Origin: an uncultured Gammaproteobacteria bacterium
GTDB lineage: Bacteria > Patescibacteriota > Patescibacteriia > Magasanikbacterales > UBA922
Assembly: GCA_965231005.1 (NCBI GenBank)
Contig: OZ246405.1
Span: 674,709-738,708, forward strand
Direction: 5' to 3'
Length of the DNA stretch: 64,000 nt
In this document: positions 29,320 through 39,566 of the stretch, one piece after another
Numbering within the stretch: position 1 is the first letter of the stretch
How the letters are laid out: every line of letters begins with the position of its first letter
Notes under the pieces: model-generated
The model's input: the letters and a program-made list of their open reading frames with translations, nothing else
What the model was told of the DNA's origin: nothing
Database searches by the model: none
Made by a program: the position numbers and the translations under genes

Positions 29320-30443
29320 TTCAAATAGATCACAATACAATTTGGGAAAAAATGACGACTGGAGTTTTTGTTATTGCCGAGGCAGGGAAAGCATTTATTC
29401 AGACAAAAGAACGTCAGCCAGTCAAAGTTTATCTTGAGAATGCAAAGCAGCTTGTTGATAAAGCAGTTTGGGCAGGTGCTGATGCAATAAAATGGCAGAC
29501 TCATTTTGCAGAAGATGAACAGTTGCAAAGGGAAATTGAATCTCCACATTTTGTCGGTGCAGACAGGTATCAGTGGATTTTAAGAAATGAGCAGGATACT
29601 CCATACGAAACATTTTGGAAACCATTGAAAGAATATTCTGATTCCAAAAATATTGTGTTTATGACAACTCCTATGAGCAGAGGTGCAGCATTACGCGTCA
29701 AAGATTTGAAACCAAGTCTTTGGAAGATTGGCTCTGGTGATATTTTAGATTTTGTTTGTATGGATTTTTTACGTGACACAGGTGTACCTATTATTATGTC
29801 ATCTGGAATGAGTTCGCTTGAAGAGGTCAAGGCTGGAATTGAGTTTCTCTTGGAAAAAAATGATCGTGTTATGCTCATGCATGCACTTAGTAAATATCCA
29901 GGAGAGGCAGAAGAAGCAAACCTTGCGACAATACAATTATATAGAGAAATATTTCCAGAGGTTCCAATAGGATTTTCTGAAAATTCTGTAGGAATTGATC
30001 CAACATGTATAGCAGTTGCACTTGGTGTTACAGCTGTTGAAAAGCATTTTACCATTAGTCGAGATGTTTGGGGGGCAGATCACAAAGTGTCTTCCACACC
30101 AGAAGAGTTTAAAGAAATGGTTGAGACGATTAAAAAGATTACATCAGATCCATCTGAAAGAGAAAAGTGGTTAACACATCCCAAATTTGAAGATATCGTG
30201 GGTGTCAAGGAAAAAATAGTGCAAGAAGATGAAAAAGTATTTCGTCCGTTGTTTAGGAAATCACTTATGGCAGGCGATGATATCCCTGTTGGGACAGTTA
30301 TAACTGAAGAAATGATTTATGCTATGCGCCCACAACAGTTTGCAGGAGGTTTACCATCTGAAGCATATCCAAATATTCTTGGAAAAAGAGTCATTAAGAA
30401 ATTAAAAAAATTTGATCCAATTACCAATGATGTAATTGAATAA
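29316..30443 (+). CDS. NeuB-family nonulosonic acid synthase (PEP-condensing) with C-terminal SAF domain
   Basis: 'VFVIAEAGKAF...AGADAIKWQTH'. C-terminal SAF-like 'GDDIPVGTVITEEMIYAMRP'. ATGA overlap with asnB-like. Confidence 0.8.
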   Translation: MIQIDHNTIWEKMTTGVFVIAEAGKAFIQTKERQPVKVYLENAKQLVDKAVWAGADAIKWQTHFAEDEQLQREIESPHFVGADRYQWILRNEQDTPYETFWKPLKEYSDSKNIVFMTTPMSRGAALRVKDLKPSLWKIGSGDILDFVCMDFLRDTGVPIIMSSGMSSLEEVKAGIEFLLEKNDRVMLMHALSKYPGEAEEANLATIQLYREIFPEVPIGFSENSVGIDPTCIAVALGVTAVEKHFTISRDVWGADHKVSSTPEEFKEMVETIKKITSDPSEREKWLTHPKFEDIVGVKEKIVQEDEKVFRPLFRKSLMAGDDIPVGTVITEEMIYAMRPQQFAGGLPSEAYPNILGKRVIKKLKKFDPITNDVIE

Positions 30444-30453
30444 AAAGAGCATT

Positions 30454-31617
30454 ATGAATACTGAACGAAAAAGAAAAATTTGTTTTGTCATCACCTCCAA
30501 GATTCATTATGGAAGAAGTAAATTAATCCTAGAGGAATTGAGAAGAAGAGAAGATATTGAGTTACAGATTGTTGTCGGTGCATCAGCAATTCTTCCAAAC
30601 TATGGAGATGTCTTAAGTCTTTTGGAGCAGGATGGTTTTTCATGTGATGCAAAGATAACGATGACGGTTGAGGGTGGTACTTCTGTTTCAATGGCAAAAA
30701 CTGCAGGCCTAGGTATTGTTGAATTTGCAACTGCATTTGATAATTTACAGCCAGATATTGTGGTTCTTCGTGCTGATAGATATGAAGTACTTGCTGCTGC
30801 AATTGCTGCTGCATATCTCAATATAACAGTTGCACATATCGAGGGTGGAGATATATCAGGGACAATTGATGAAAGTGTGAGACATGCTATTACAAAGATT
30901 TCCCATATACATTTTCCTACAAATGAAGCGGCATTAAATCGCATTATCAAGATGGGGGAGAACCCGGCATATGTACATAATTTTGGTTGTCCAGGTGTGG
31001 AATTTGCAGTAGAAAATATGAATAATATTTCTAGTGACATAATTAATGCCATGGGAGTTGGTGATATTGTTGATATAGAAAAGCCATTCTTAGTTGTTAT
31101 GCAGCATCCTGTGACCACAGAAATACAAAATAATAGGAAAAATACAAGAGAAACCCTTAAAGCAATTCAGTATGTAGATATCCCTACAATTTGGTTTTGG
31201 CCAAACGTAGATGCAGGGACAGATGAGGTAAGTAAAGCGATTCGTGTGTTTAGAGAAATTGAAAATCCAAAAAATATTAGATTTCTTAAATACATCCGTG
31301 CTGAGGATTTCAATGCACTCATTGACAAATCTGTATGTCTTATCGGAAATTCGTCTGCTGGAATTAAAGAAGCTTCATATCTCGGAACTCCAGTAGTAAA
31401 TGTCGGTACAAGACAAAATGGGCGAATGCGTGGACACAATGTACTGGATGTTAACTATGATCAAGATGAAATAAAAAAAGCCATTGACATCCAAATTAAA
31501 CATGGTAAATTTTCATCAAGCGACATGTATTACAAGCCAGGTACGAGTAAAAACATTGTTGATATGCTAGCATCAGCACAGTTATATACGCAAAAGTTTT
31601 TCTTTGAAAAAGAATAA
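30454..31617 (+). CDS. UDP-N-acetylglucosamine 2-epimerase (hydrolysing), NeuC/LegG type
   Basis: 'HIEGGDISGTIDESVRHAITKISHIHFPT'. Track start at 30436 is TTG; first ATG is at 30454. Confidence 0.8.
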   Translation: MNTERKRKICFVITSKIHYGRSKLILEELRRREDIELQIVVGASAILPNYGDVLSLLEQDGFSCDAKITMTVEGGTSVSMAKTAGLGIVEFATAFDNLQPDIVVLRADRYEVLAAAIAAAYLNITVAHIEGGDISGTIDESVRHAITKISHIHFPTNEAALNRIIKMGENPAYVHNFGCPGVEFAVENMNNISSDIINAMGVGDIVDIEKPFLVVMQHPVTTEIQNNRKNTRETLKAIQYVDIPTIWFWPNVDAGTDEVSKAIRVFREIENPKNIRFLKYIRAEDFNALIDKSVCLIGNSSAGIKEASYLGTPVVNVGTRQNGRMRGHNVLDVNYDQDEIKKAIDIQIKHGKFSSSDMYYKPGTSKNIVDMLASAQLYTQKFFFEKE

Positions 31618-31627
31618 GTATTATTTT

Positions 31628-32332
31628 ATGTATAAAAATAAAAAAATTCTAGGTATTATAACTGCTCGTGGTGGTTCAAAAGGTATCCCAAAAAAGAATA
31701 TCAAGTTGTTGGCAGGGAAACCTCTTGTTGCATACACAATTAAAGCAGCAGCAAAGAGTGAGTATTTGACACGAACAATTGTTTCAACTGACAATCAGGA
31801 AATTGCTGATATTGCGGCCGAATATGACGCCGATGTACCATTTATGCGTCCTGCGGAATACGCAACAGATAACGCAACTTCACTTGATGTGGTAAAGCAT
31901 GCAGTATCTACACTAGAAAAAAAAGGCGAAAATTATGATTATGTTATGATTCTGCAACCAACATCTCCACTGCGTACACCACGTGATATAGATTCATGTA
32001 TTGAAAAAATTGTTGATACAAATGCAGACTCAGTAATGAGTATGATGGAGCTGCAGGATTTTTCCATAAAAAAATTGAAAAAAATCAAAGATGATCAAAT
32101 ATTTCCTTTTTTAGAAGAAGAAGGCGCTCAATCTAGTATGCGACAAGATTTGCCAAAAGTATTCAAAAGAAATTGTGCAATTTATTTGTCAAAAGTATCC
32201 AATGTTAAAAATAATGATTTATTTGGAAATGTCTCTCGACCATATATGATGCCTTATGAAAGATCTATTGACATAAACGAACAAATCGATTTTGATTTGG
32301 CTGAATTTTTTATTATCAAGAATGGTTTATGA
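31628..32332 (+). CDS. acylneuraminate cytidylyltransferase family (CMP-ulosonic acid synthetase, NeuA-like)
   Basis: 'ILGIITARGGSKGIPKKNIKLLAGKPLVAYTI'. ATG at 31628; the track start is TTG. Confidence 0.8.
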   Translation: MYKNKKILGIITARGGSKGIPKKNIKLLAGKPLVAYTIKAAAKSEYLTRTIVSTDNQEIADIAAEYDADVPFMRPAEYATDNATSLDVVKHAVSTLEKKGENYDYVMILQPTSPLRTPRDIDSCIEKIVDTNADSVMSMMELQDFSIKKLKKIKDDQIFPFLEEEGAQSSMRQDLPKVFKRNCAIYLSKVSNVKNNDLFGNVSRPYMMPYERSIDINEQIDFDLAEFFIIKNGL

Positions 32333-33291
32333 ATTACAAAATATTAAATACAATTGGAAACACATTTACCTTTGAGGCAAAAGAAATTCTTGAGCGTATT
32401 GGGAGTATTGAATATTGCAATATAGAACAAGAACAATTGAAGGAAAAAATTGTAGATGTTGATATAGCAGTAATTGGTCTTGGACTAACTTTTGATAAAG
32501 AAGTCTTAGCGTTAGCTAATAATTTGAAAGTAATAGCTACAGCGACAACAGGGCTTGATCATATTGATTGTGAGTATGCAGAAGAGAAGGGTATTCAAGT
32601 ATTAAGTCTTCGGGATGAAACGTCATTTTTAAACACTATAACTGGTACTGCTGAACTTACTTTCGGTCTTATGATTGATCTAATGAGAGGAATTTCTTCT
32701 AGCTTTGAATCTGTGAAAGAATATCATTGGGATAGAGAACAATTTCGAGGTTTTGAGGCAAAAGGAAAGAATCTTGGTATTGTTGGTTTTGGAAGACTTG
32801 GCAAAATGATGGCCCAGTATGGGAAAGCATTTGGAATGAATGTGCTAGTATCTGATCCAAATATAGATTTATCCGAATCTGAACAGGCAAGAGTGTCCGT
32901 TGTGTCCTTTGACGATTTGGTGGAAAAAAGCGATGTTATTTCAATTCATGTGCATTTTAATGAAGATACTAAAGATATGTTTCATTCAGATGTGTTTAAA
33001 AAAATGAAAAGATCAGCCTATATAATAAATACGTCGAGAGGAAAAATTGTAAATGAATCTGACCTACTTTTTGCTCTCCAAGAAAAGGAAATTGCTGGGT
33101 ATGGTTCAGATGTTCTTGCAGATGAACTTGAATTTTCGTCAGGGTTTTCAAATCATCCATTAGTTGAATATGCTAAGATAAATACAAATTGCATTATCCT
33201 TCCTCATATAGGTGGTATGACTGAAGAGTCAAGAGCAGCAACAGATATATTTATTGCTAAAAAATTGAAGAAATTTATCCTTTCATCATGA
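32329..33291 (+). CDS. D-isomer-specific 2-hydroxyacid dehydrogenase, second copy, embedded in an ulosonic-acid module
   Basis: 'GIVGFGRLGKMMAQYG', 'NTSRGKIVNESDLLFALQEKEIAGYGSDV', 'LPHIGGMT'. ATGA overlaps at both ends. Confidence 0.75.
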   Translation: MNYKILNTIGNTFTFEAKEILERIGSIEYCNIEQEQLKEKIVDVDIAVIGLGLTFDKEVLALANNLKVIATATTGLDHIDCEYAEEKGIQVLSLRDETSFLNTITGTAELTFGLMIDLMRGISSSFESVKEYHWDREQFRGFEAKGKNLGIVGFGRLGKMMAQYGKAFGMNVLVSDPNIDLSESEQARVSVVSFDDLVEKSDVISIHVHFNEDTKDMFHSDVFKKMKRSAYIINTSRGKIVNESDLLFALQEKEIAGYGSDVLADELEFSSGFSNHPLVEYAKINTNCIILPHIGGMTEESRAATDIFIAKKLKKFILSS

Positions 33292-34709
33292 ATATGACTA
33301 AATCAAAAGATAAAAAAACAATCTTTATCGTAGTCGGTCGAAGTTTTATTATTCGCAATGTTTTGCGTAGCGGTGTATTGACTGAATTGAAAAATGCAGG
33401 TCATAAGATAGTGATATTTCTTTCATTGAAAAAAGGAAAAGATATTCCTGAATACCTTATAAAAGAATTTTGTGATGAACAAGTATCTATTGAATCAGCT
33501 GCCCCTCCTTTGAAAAAAACATTCTATAGCAGGCTTTATAACTTTTTTGGAAGAAAGGCATCTCTACTTGTGTACACTGATGCAACCTGGTCATATAGTC
33601 AAGCAGGTAATATACATAATAGACAGAGAATGTTTCTGTGGAAGTATGTGGAGAAATATATTTTTTCAGTTCTTACACACATTCACGTTCTTAAATCAAT
33701 TGTTCGTTTTTTGGAAAAAAGTCTTTTCAAGACAGATGTATACGCAACATATTTTGATAAACATAATCCAGACATTGTATTTACAACATCTGTCATAGGG
33801 ACTGTTGATATCGCCTTTATGAAAGAAGCTGCAGATAGAGGAATAAAAACTATAAGCATGACTAAGGGGTGGGATCATGCGGCAAGAGTTCTGTATAAAT
33901 TTGTCCCAGATAAGATTATTGTTCAAAATACTACAATGATTGATCATCTAGTCAAATACCAAAGAATAGACCGTGATCGTATTGTTGCATCTGGATTTCC
34001 ACAATTTGATTGGTATGCCCATAATGATTTACTCATGAGCAGACAGGAATATTTAACCTCACTCGGGCTTGATCCAAATAAAAAACTTGTCTTTTTTGGA
34101 TCAGAAGGAGCCTGGGCACCAAAAGATGATGTTATTGCCGAGATGTTGTCTAAATACATTAACAATGGTTCATTAGTAACACCTTGTTCACTAGTAATAC
34201 GTCCACATTTCTCAGATATACAAGGGGGTCGATTTAACAGATTTAAACAAGAGAATAATGTTCATGTCGACACAATGGTTACATATACAGATGCTTTTTA
34301 TTGTAGTTGGGATCCTGGATATGATGAAATAAAACATTTTGTCAATTTAATGTATCACAGCGATGTTGTTGTAAATATTGCCTCAACCCTTACATTGGAT
34401 GCCTGTTGCTTTAATAAGCCGATCGTTTGTGTAGCATTTGGTGTGTTGCATAATTTGAGGAATCACAAAGATGTTACTAAGATTTATTATGAAATGAATC
34501 ACTATCTAGATGTTTTGGAAACGGATGCAATTGATCTTGTAAAAAATGAAGATGAATTATTAAAGAGTATAAATAACTATTTGGAATATCCAGAACATAA
34601 GAATGAACAAAGGAAAGTTTTACTAGATACATTGTGTTATAAAGTTGACGGAAATTCTTCAAGAAGAATTGCAAATGAAATTTTATCCATGATGGATTCT
34701 AAAAAATAA
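33288..34709 (+). CDS. GT-B-fold TagB/TagF- or KpsC/KpsS-like transferase; paralogue 2 of 4
   Basis: 'KKLVFFGSEGAWAP', 'VIRPHFSD', 'YHSDVVVNIASTLTLDACCFNKPIV'. Confidence 0.4.
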   Translation: MNMTKSKDKKTIFIVVGRSFIIRNVLRSGVLTELKNAGHKIVIFLSLKKGKDIPEYLIKEFCDEQVSIESAAPPLKKTFYSRLYNFFGRKASLLVYTDATWSYSQAGNIHNRQRMFLWKYVEKYIFSVLTHIHVLKSIVRFLEKSLFKTDVYATYFDKHNPDIVFTTSVIGTVDIAFMKEAADRGIKTISMTKGWDHAARVLYKFVPDKIIVQNTTMIDHLVKYQRIDRDRIVASGFPQFDWYAHNDLLMSRQEYLTSLGLDPNKKLVFFGSEGAWAPKDDVIAEMLSKYINNGSLVTPCSLVIRPHFSDIQGGRFNRFKQENNVHVDTMVTYTDAFYCSWDPGYDEIKHFVNLMYHSDVVVNIASTLTLDACCFNKPIVCVAFGVLHNLRNHKDVTKIYYEMNHYLDVLETDAIDLVKNEDELLKSINNYLEYPEHKNEQRKVLLDTLCYKVDGNSSRRIANEILSMMDSKK

Positions 34710-34718
34710 CCTAAATAA

Positions 34719-35447
34719 ATGTATATGACTGCACACAAGGTATTAGCCTATATTCCTGCCCGAGCAGGTTCAAAACGACTTCCTGGAAAAAACATAAAAG
34801 ATTTTATGGGAAAGCCGTTGATTGCGTATGCAATTGAGCAAGCACTTGCAATGCCTTTTATTGATCGTGTTATTGTTGATACTGAGTCAGAAGAAATTGC
34901 AGCGATTGCAAAGCAATATGGTGCAGATGTTCCTTTTTTGCGACCAAATGAGCTTGCACAAGATGATTCAAATGTGATTGATACGATTATCTATACACTT
35001 GATCGTTTGAAAGAGGATGAAGGATATGTTCCAACACATTTACTCATTTTGCAGACAACATCACCACTACGAGAACCAGAGGACATTGAACGTTCTTGGA
35101 AAAAAATATTAGAGACAGATGCAACAGCAGTCATAACGGTATGCCAAATACATCCAAAATTGTATAATGTGGACGATGAAGATACGTTGCATTTGGTAAA
35201 TAATTCAGACAATACGTCAACAAATGCACAGGCATGGGATGATGGATTTATTCCAAATGGTGGAGTCTTCATTACAGCAGTTCCAGAACTGTACAGTGAA
35301 CGGACAGTAATGACAAAAAACACAAAGGCAGTTGTATGTCCAAATTGGCGCTCAGTTGATGTTGATATTCCAGAAGAATGGGCAATGGCAGAGGTACTGT
35401 ATAAACATAGAGATGACATTAAAAAACATATTCTAGAATTAGATTAA
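34719..35447 (+). CDS. acylneuraminate cytidylyltransferase family (CMP-ulosonic acid synthetase), copy 2
   Basis: '[31 protein letters not shown]'. Confidence 0.8.
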   Translation: MYMTAHKVLAYIPARAGSKRLPGKNIKDFMGKPLIAYAIEQALAMPFIDRVIVDTESEEIAAIAKQYGADVPFLRPNELAQDDSNVIDTIIYTLDRLKEDEGYVPTHLLILQTTSPLREPEDIERSWKKILETDATAVITVCQIHPKLYNVDDEDTLHLVNNSDNTSTNAQAWDDGFIPNGGVFITAVPELYSERTVMTKNTKAVVCPNWRSVDVDIPEEWAMAEVLYKHRDDIKKHILELD

Positions 35448-36493
35448 TGCATATGAGAAATACTATTGAAATAGCTGGAAGAAAAATTGGATCTGAGTTT
35501 CCACCTTTTGTGATAGCTGATATTGGGATTAATCATGAAGGGAATTTACAAACAGCGTTTGAAATTGTTGATGCTGCTCACAGTGCAGGAGCAGAAGTGA
35601 TTAAACATCAAACTCATGTGATTGAAGATGAAATGACACAGGAAGCAAAAAAAGTTATTCCTGGAAATTCTGATGATTCAATATACGACATTATGGAACG
35701 ATGTGCGCTTTCTGAAGAAGATGAAATCGCATTACAAAGATATGTTGAAACAAAGGGAATGATATTTATTAGTACACCGTTTTCAAGAGCTGCCGCAGAT
35801 AGATTAGAAAGAATGAATGTCCCAGCTTATAAAATTGGCTCTGGAGAATGTAATAATTATCCATTGATTGATCATATTGCCTCTTTTGGAAAGCCAATGA
35901 TTATAAGTACAGGCATGAATACTATTGAAAGTGTAAGAAAAGCTGTTGAAATTGTTAAAAGACATAAGACTCCATTTGCACTATTGCATACAACAAATTT
36001 ATATCCTACACCTTCTCATCTTGTAAGACTCGGTGGCATGCAGGCACTCCAAACTGAATTTCCAGATGCTGTTATTGGTCTTTCAGATCATACAATTTCA
36101 AACTTGGCATGTTTTGCAGCCACCGCGCTTGGTGCAGATATTCTTGAACGACATTTTACTGATTCAATGGATAGACCTGGGCCAGATATTGTCAATTCAA
36201 TGGATCCTGATGCATTAAAAGAATTAATGCATGGATCAAAAGAAATAGCAAAAATGCGTGGTGGGAAAAAAGAAGCAGCACAAGAAGAACAGGTTACTAT
36301 TGATTTTGCATTTGCTACGGTTGTTACTGTAAAAGAAATAAAAAAAGGAGAATTATTTTCCAAAGACAATATTTGGGTAAAGCGACCTGGTACAGGAGAA
36401 ATTTTAGCAGAAGAGTATGAGCAAATCATTGGTAAAGTTGCTGCTGATGATATTGAATTTGATGTTCATCTTAAAAGAATTCATATTAGTTAG
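35447..36493 (+). CDS. NeuB-family nonulosonic acid synthase with SAF domain, copy 2
   Basis: '[37 protein letters not shown]'. C-terminal SAF region. TAATG overlap. Confidence 0.8.
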   Translation: MHMRNTIEIAGRKIGSEFPPFVIADIGINHEGNLQTAFEIVDAAHSAGAEVIKHQTHVIEDEMTQEAKKVIPGNSDDSIYDIMERCALSEEDEIALQRYVETKGMIFISTPFSRAAADRLERMNVPAYKIGSGECNNYPLIDHIASFGKPMIISTGMNTIESVRKAVEIVKRHKTPFALLHTTNLYPTPSHLVRLGGMQALQTEFPDAVIGLSDHTISNLACFAATALGADILERHFTDSMDRPGPDIVNSMDPDALKELMHGSKEIAKMRGGKKEAAQEEQVTIDFAFATVVTVKEIKKGELFSKDNIWVKRPGTGEILAEEYEQIIGKVAADDIEFDVHLKRIHIS

Positions 36494-36498
36494 ATTGT

Positions 36499-37650
36499 AT
36501 GCAAAAACGCAAAATATTATTTGTTACAGAACGTCGTGCTGATTATAGCAGACTCAAACCAATTATGAAGGCCGTACAAGAAAGTCCGTTGCTTGAGCTT
36601 CAGCTACTAATAACAGGGGCACATTTATTGAAAAATTTTGGAGAAACTGAACAAGTAGTAAAAAGAGATGGTTTTTCTGTGGATGCCACTCTTCCAATTT
36701 TCAATGAAGATGATGCAGACGATGGCGTATCAATGGTAAAAGCGATGGGACGTGCACTCGATGGTATGGCTGATATGTTTCCAAAATTAAGTCCAGATAT
36801 TGTTTTTTGTGGTTTTGACCTTGGTGCCCATCTTGCGGCCGCTATCACAGGGATGCATTTAAATATGCATGTTGCTCATATTCAAGGAGGAGAGGTAAGT
36901 GGTACTATCGATGAAATTTTGCGTCATGCATGTACGAAATTTGCTCACCTTCATTTTGTTGCGACAGAAGAAAGTAGAGAGCGAGTTATCAAACTTGGTG
37001 AAAATCCAGAATATGTTTTCCTCGTTGGAAGCCCAAGTCTTGATACTATTAAACACATTGATTATCCTGATAAAGAAATCATGTGTGAAAAATTTAATTT
37101 AGATTCAAACAAAAAACTATTAATTTTTCTTCAGCATCCTGTAACGACAGAGGTTGATGACGTTGAAGGACAGATTGCTGCCAGTATTCAGGCAATTAAA
37201 ACAGTGAAAGAAAAACATGATACAGAAGTTCTCGCAATATACTCAAATCATGATGCAGGAGGAAGACGCATTGTTGAAGCACTTACTGAAGCAAACATGC
37301 ATGTTGTTCCGCATATTGTATACGAAGATTTCTTACGTTTACTATCTGTTGCCGATGTTTTAGTAGGTAACTCAAGTACAGGAATTCACGAGGCTCCTTC
37401 GTTTGGATTGCCAACTGTAAATATTGGTACACGACAACAGCATCGTGAACGTGGAGTTAATGTTATTGATGTTGAAAATAACACACAAGATATTGTTTCT
37501 GCAATAGAAAAGTCATTAACTGATGTTGAATTTATTGAAACAGTAAAGACCGGAGAAAATCCTTATGAAAATGGTGATACAGCAAAGCAGGTAGTACATA
37601 TTCTTGAAACGGTTAATCTCCCTCCTATTCAAAAAGTAATTAACTATTAA
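36499..37650 (+). CDS. UDP-sugar 2-epimerase (hydrolysing), NeuC/LegG type, copy 2
   Basis: 'HIQGGEVSGTIDEILRHACTKFAHLHFVATEE'. Confidence 0.8.
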   Translation: MQKRKILFVTERRADYSRLKPIMKAVQESPLLELQLLITGAHLLKNFGETEQVVKRDGFSVDATLPIFNEDDADDGVSMVKAMGRALDGMADMFPKLSPDIVFCGFDLGAHLAAAITGMHLNMHVAHIQGGEVSGTIDEILRHACTKFAHLHFVATEESRERVIKLGENPEYVFLVGSPSLDTIKHIDYPDKEIMCEKFNLDSNKKLLIFLQHPVTTEVDDVEGQIAASIQAIKTVKEKHDTEVLAIYSNHDAGGRRIVEALTEANMHVVPHIVYEDFLRLLSVADVLVGNSSTGIHEAPSFGLPTVNIGTRQQHRERGVNVIDVENNTQDIVSAIEKSLTDVEFIETVKTGENPYENGDTAKQVVHILETVNLPPIQKVINY

Positions 37651-37651
37651 T

Positions 37652-38509
37652 ATGAAGATTCTTGTAATTGGTGGCACAGGTTTTGTTGGAGAGCATGTAT
37701 GTAACCAGCTTGTTAAGGCTGGTGATAGTGTTATTGCAATTCACAATTCTGGACTTACTAATAGAATTTTAGGAGTTGAATACAAACAAATAAATCTTGA
37801 TCAAGATACACAAGGATTCGAACAAATACTAAACGAAATTGAGGTTGTTGTATTTTCAATACAACCAGATATAGAGAGAATGAAGAAGATGATAGATGTT
37901 TTGTCTAGACAACATCATTTGAAAAAAATTGTCTATCTTTCATCTGTATTGGTGTATGGTGACTCAGATGATAAGCAGGATGAAGAAGCAATACCGCAGC
38001 CATCTACAGAATATGAGCAGAAAAAATTTGAAGAAGAGCAACTCCTTAGCCATGCTTTACAAAATCGGGAAGATGTGGTACTCTCTATTGTTCGTCTGGG
38101 CAATGTATATGGTGACGTAAAAAACAAAGGAATTATGCATTACATCATCAAATCACTTATAATTGACGGAATATTTACAATCAATGGAGATGGAAGTGCT
38201 GTTCGTGATTATGTTTTTGTAGATGATGTAGGCGCTTCTGTTAAAGATATTGTCCATATGAAACAAGAAAAACAAACAGAAATTGTAAATATATGTACTG
38301 GTGTTGGAACAACAATCCTTGAATTGATTGCATATGCAGAACATGCAGCAGACAAAAAATTGGATTTTAAAAAAGGATCGCCAGTTGATGAAAAACATTC
38401 AGTAATTGGAGATAATCAAAAATTGAAAATGATGGTTGGTCGTGGCCCAGAGATTCAAATACAAGAAGGAATTAATAAAATGTATCAGAGATATATTGAT
38501 AAAAAATAA
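37652..38509 (+). CDS. NAD(P)-dependent epimerase/dehydratase (extended SDR)
   Basis: 'MKILVIGGTGFVGEHV' Rossmann start. Catalytic motifs not confidently located. Confidence 0.55.
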   Translation: MKILVIGGTGFVGEHVCNQLVKAGDSVIAIHNSGLTNRILGVEYKQINLDQDTQGFEQILNEIEVVVFSIQPDIERMKKMIDVLSRQHHLKKIVYLSSVLVYGDSDDKQDEEAIPQPSTEYEQKKFEEEQLLSHALQNREDVVLSIVRLGNVYGDVKNKGIMHYIIKSLIIDGIFTINGDGSAVRDYVFVDDVGASVKDIVHMKQEKQTEIVNICTGVGTTILELIAYAEHAADKKLDFKKGSPVDEKHSVIGDNQKLKMMVGRGPEIQIQEGINKMYQRYIDKK

Positions 38510-38519
38510 AATAAGTAAT

Positions 38520-39560
38520 ATGGAAAATCAGTTTAAAGATAAAGTAGTGCTTGTCACAGGAGGAACCGGTTCAATCGGATCTGTTATTGTTTCAGAGCTA
38601 TTAAAATTGGATGTAAAACATGTCCGCGTTTTTAGTCGTGATGAAAGCAAGCAATTTGAATTGGGTCATAGATTAAAAGGTGACAAGCGTCTCCGCTTTT
38701 TAATTGGAAATGTTCGAGATAAAGAACGACTTATGATGGCAATGGAAAATGTTGACATTGTATTTCATGCTGCAGCACTTAAACATGTTGTTTCTTGCGA
38801 ACAAAATCCATTCGAAGCAGTACGGACAAATGTTGCAGGAACACAAAATATTATTTCTTGCGCATTTACAAACAATGTTGAAAAAGTCATTAGTGTTTCA
38901 ACCGATAAAGCAGCGGATCCTACCAATGTTATGGGGTGTACAAAATTACTTGCAGAGCGCCTTATTCTTTCTTCTTTCTTTTATAGAGGAAATAAAAGAA
39001 CAAAGTTTTGCTCTGTTCGTTTTGGAAATGTACTAGGTTCACGAGGTTCTGTCATCCCATTATTTATAAAACAATTTAAACAAGGTGGCCCACTCACTGT
39101 GACAGATCCAGATATGACAAGATTTTTCATGTCAACACAGGAAGCCGTTCAATTGATGCTTGAAGCAAGTAAGTTGATGAGAGGAGAAGAAATTTTTGTT
39201 TTGAAAATGCCAGTTGCCAGTATTGGTGATCTTGCACGTGGAGTCATAGAAATCATGAAAGAAAGAAATAACATCACAGAAGATGTCGCTATCAACATTA
39301 TAGGAAAGCGACCAGGTGAAAGGCAACATGAAAAATTGTTAACATTAGATGAATCAGCAGGTGCGCTTGAGCGTGATGACATGTTTATTATTCGACCGAA
39401 TGTTGGCTTTGAAATGTTCCATAACTTTACTCCAGAGACATATCCTAATTCAAAACCAGCAGAAATAAAAGCATTTTCATCTGAACAGGAAACATTGATG
39501 ACACTCGATCGAGTAAAGGAAATGATTTTATCTATTCCAGAATTAGATTTTAATATGTAA
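38520..39560 (+). CDS. UDP-GlcNAc 4,6-dehydratase (PseB/FlaA1/CapD-like)
   Basis: 'KVVLVTGGTGSIGS', 'RVFSRDESKQ', 'FHAAALKHVVSCEQNPFEAVRTNVAGTQNI' match the PseB/FlaA1 pattern. ATG at 38520. Confidence 0.7.
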   Translation: MENQFKDKVVLVTGGTGSIGSVIVSELLKLDVKHVRVFSRDESKQFELGHRLKGDKRLRFLIGNVRDKERLMMAMENVDIVFHAAALKHVVSCEQNPFEAVRTNVAGTQNIISCAFTNNVEKVISVSTDKAADPTNVMGCTKLLAERLILSSFFYRGNKRTKFCSVRFGNVLGSRGSVIPLFIKQFKQGGPLTVTDPDMTRFFMSTQEAVQLMLEASKLMRGEEIFVLKMPVASIGDLARGVIEIMKERNNITEDVAINIIGKRPGERQHEKLLTLDESAGALERDDMFIIRPNVGFEMFHNFTPETYPNSKPAEIKAFSSEQETLMTLDRVKEMILSIPELDFNM

Positions 39561-39566
39561 GCTCTT

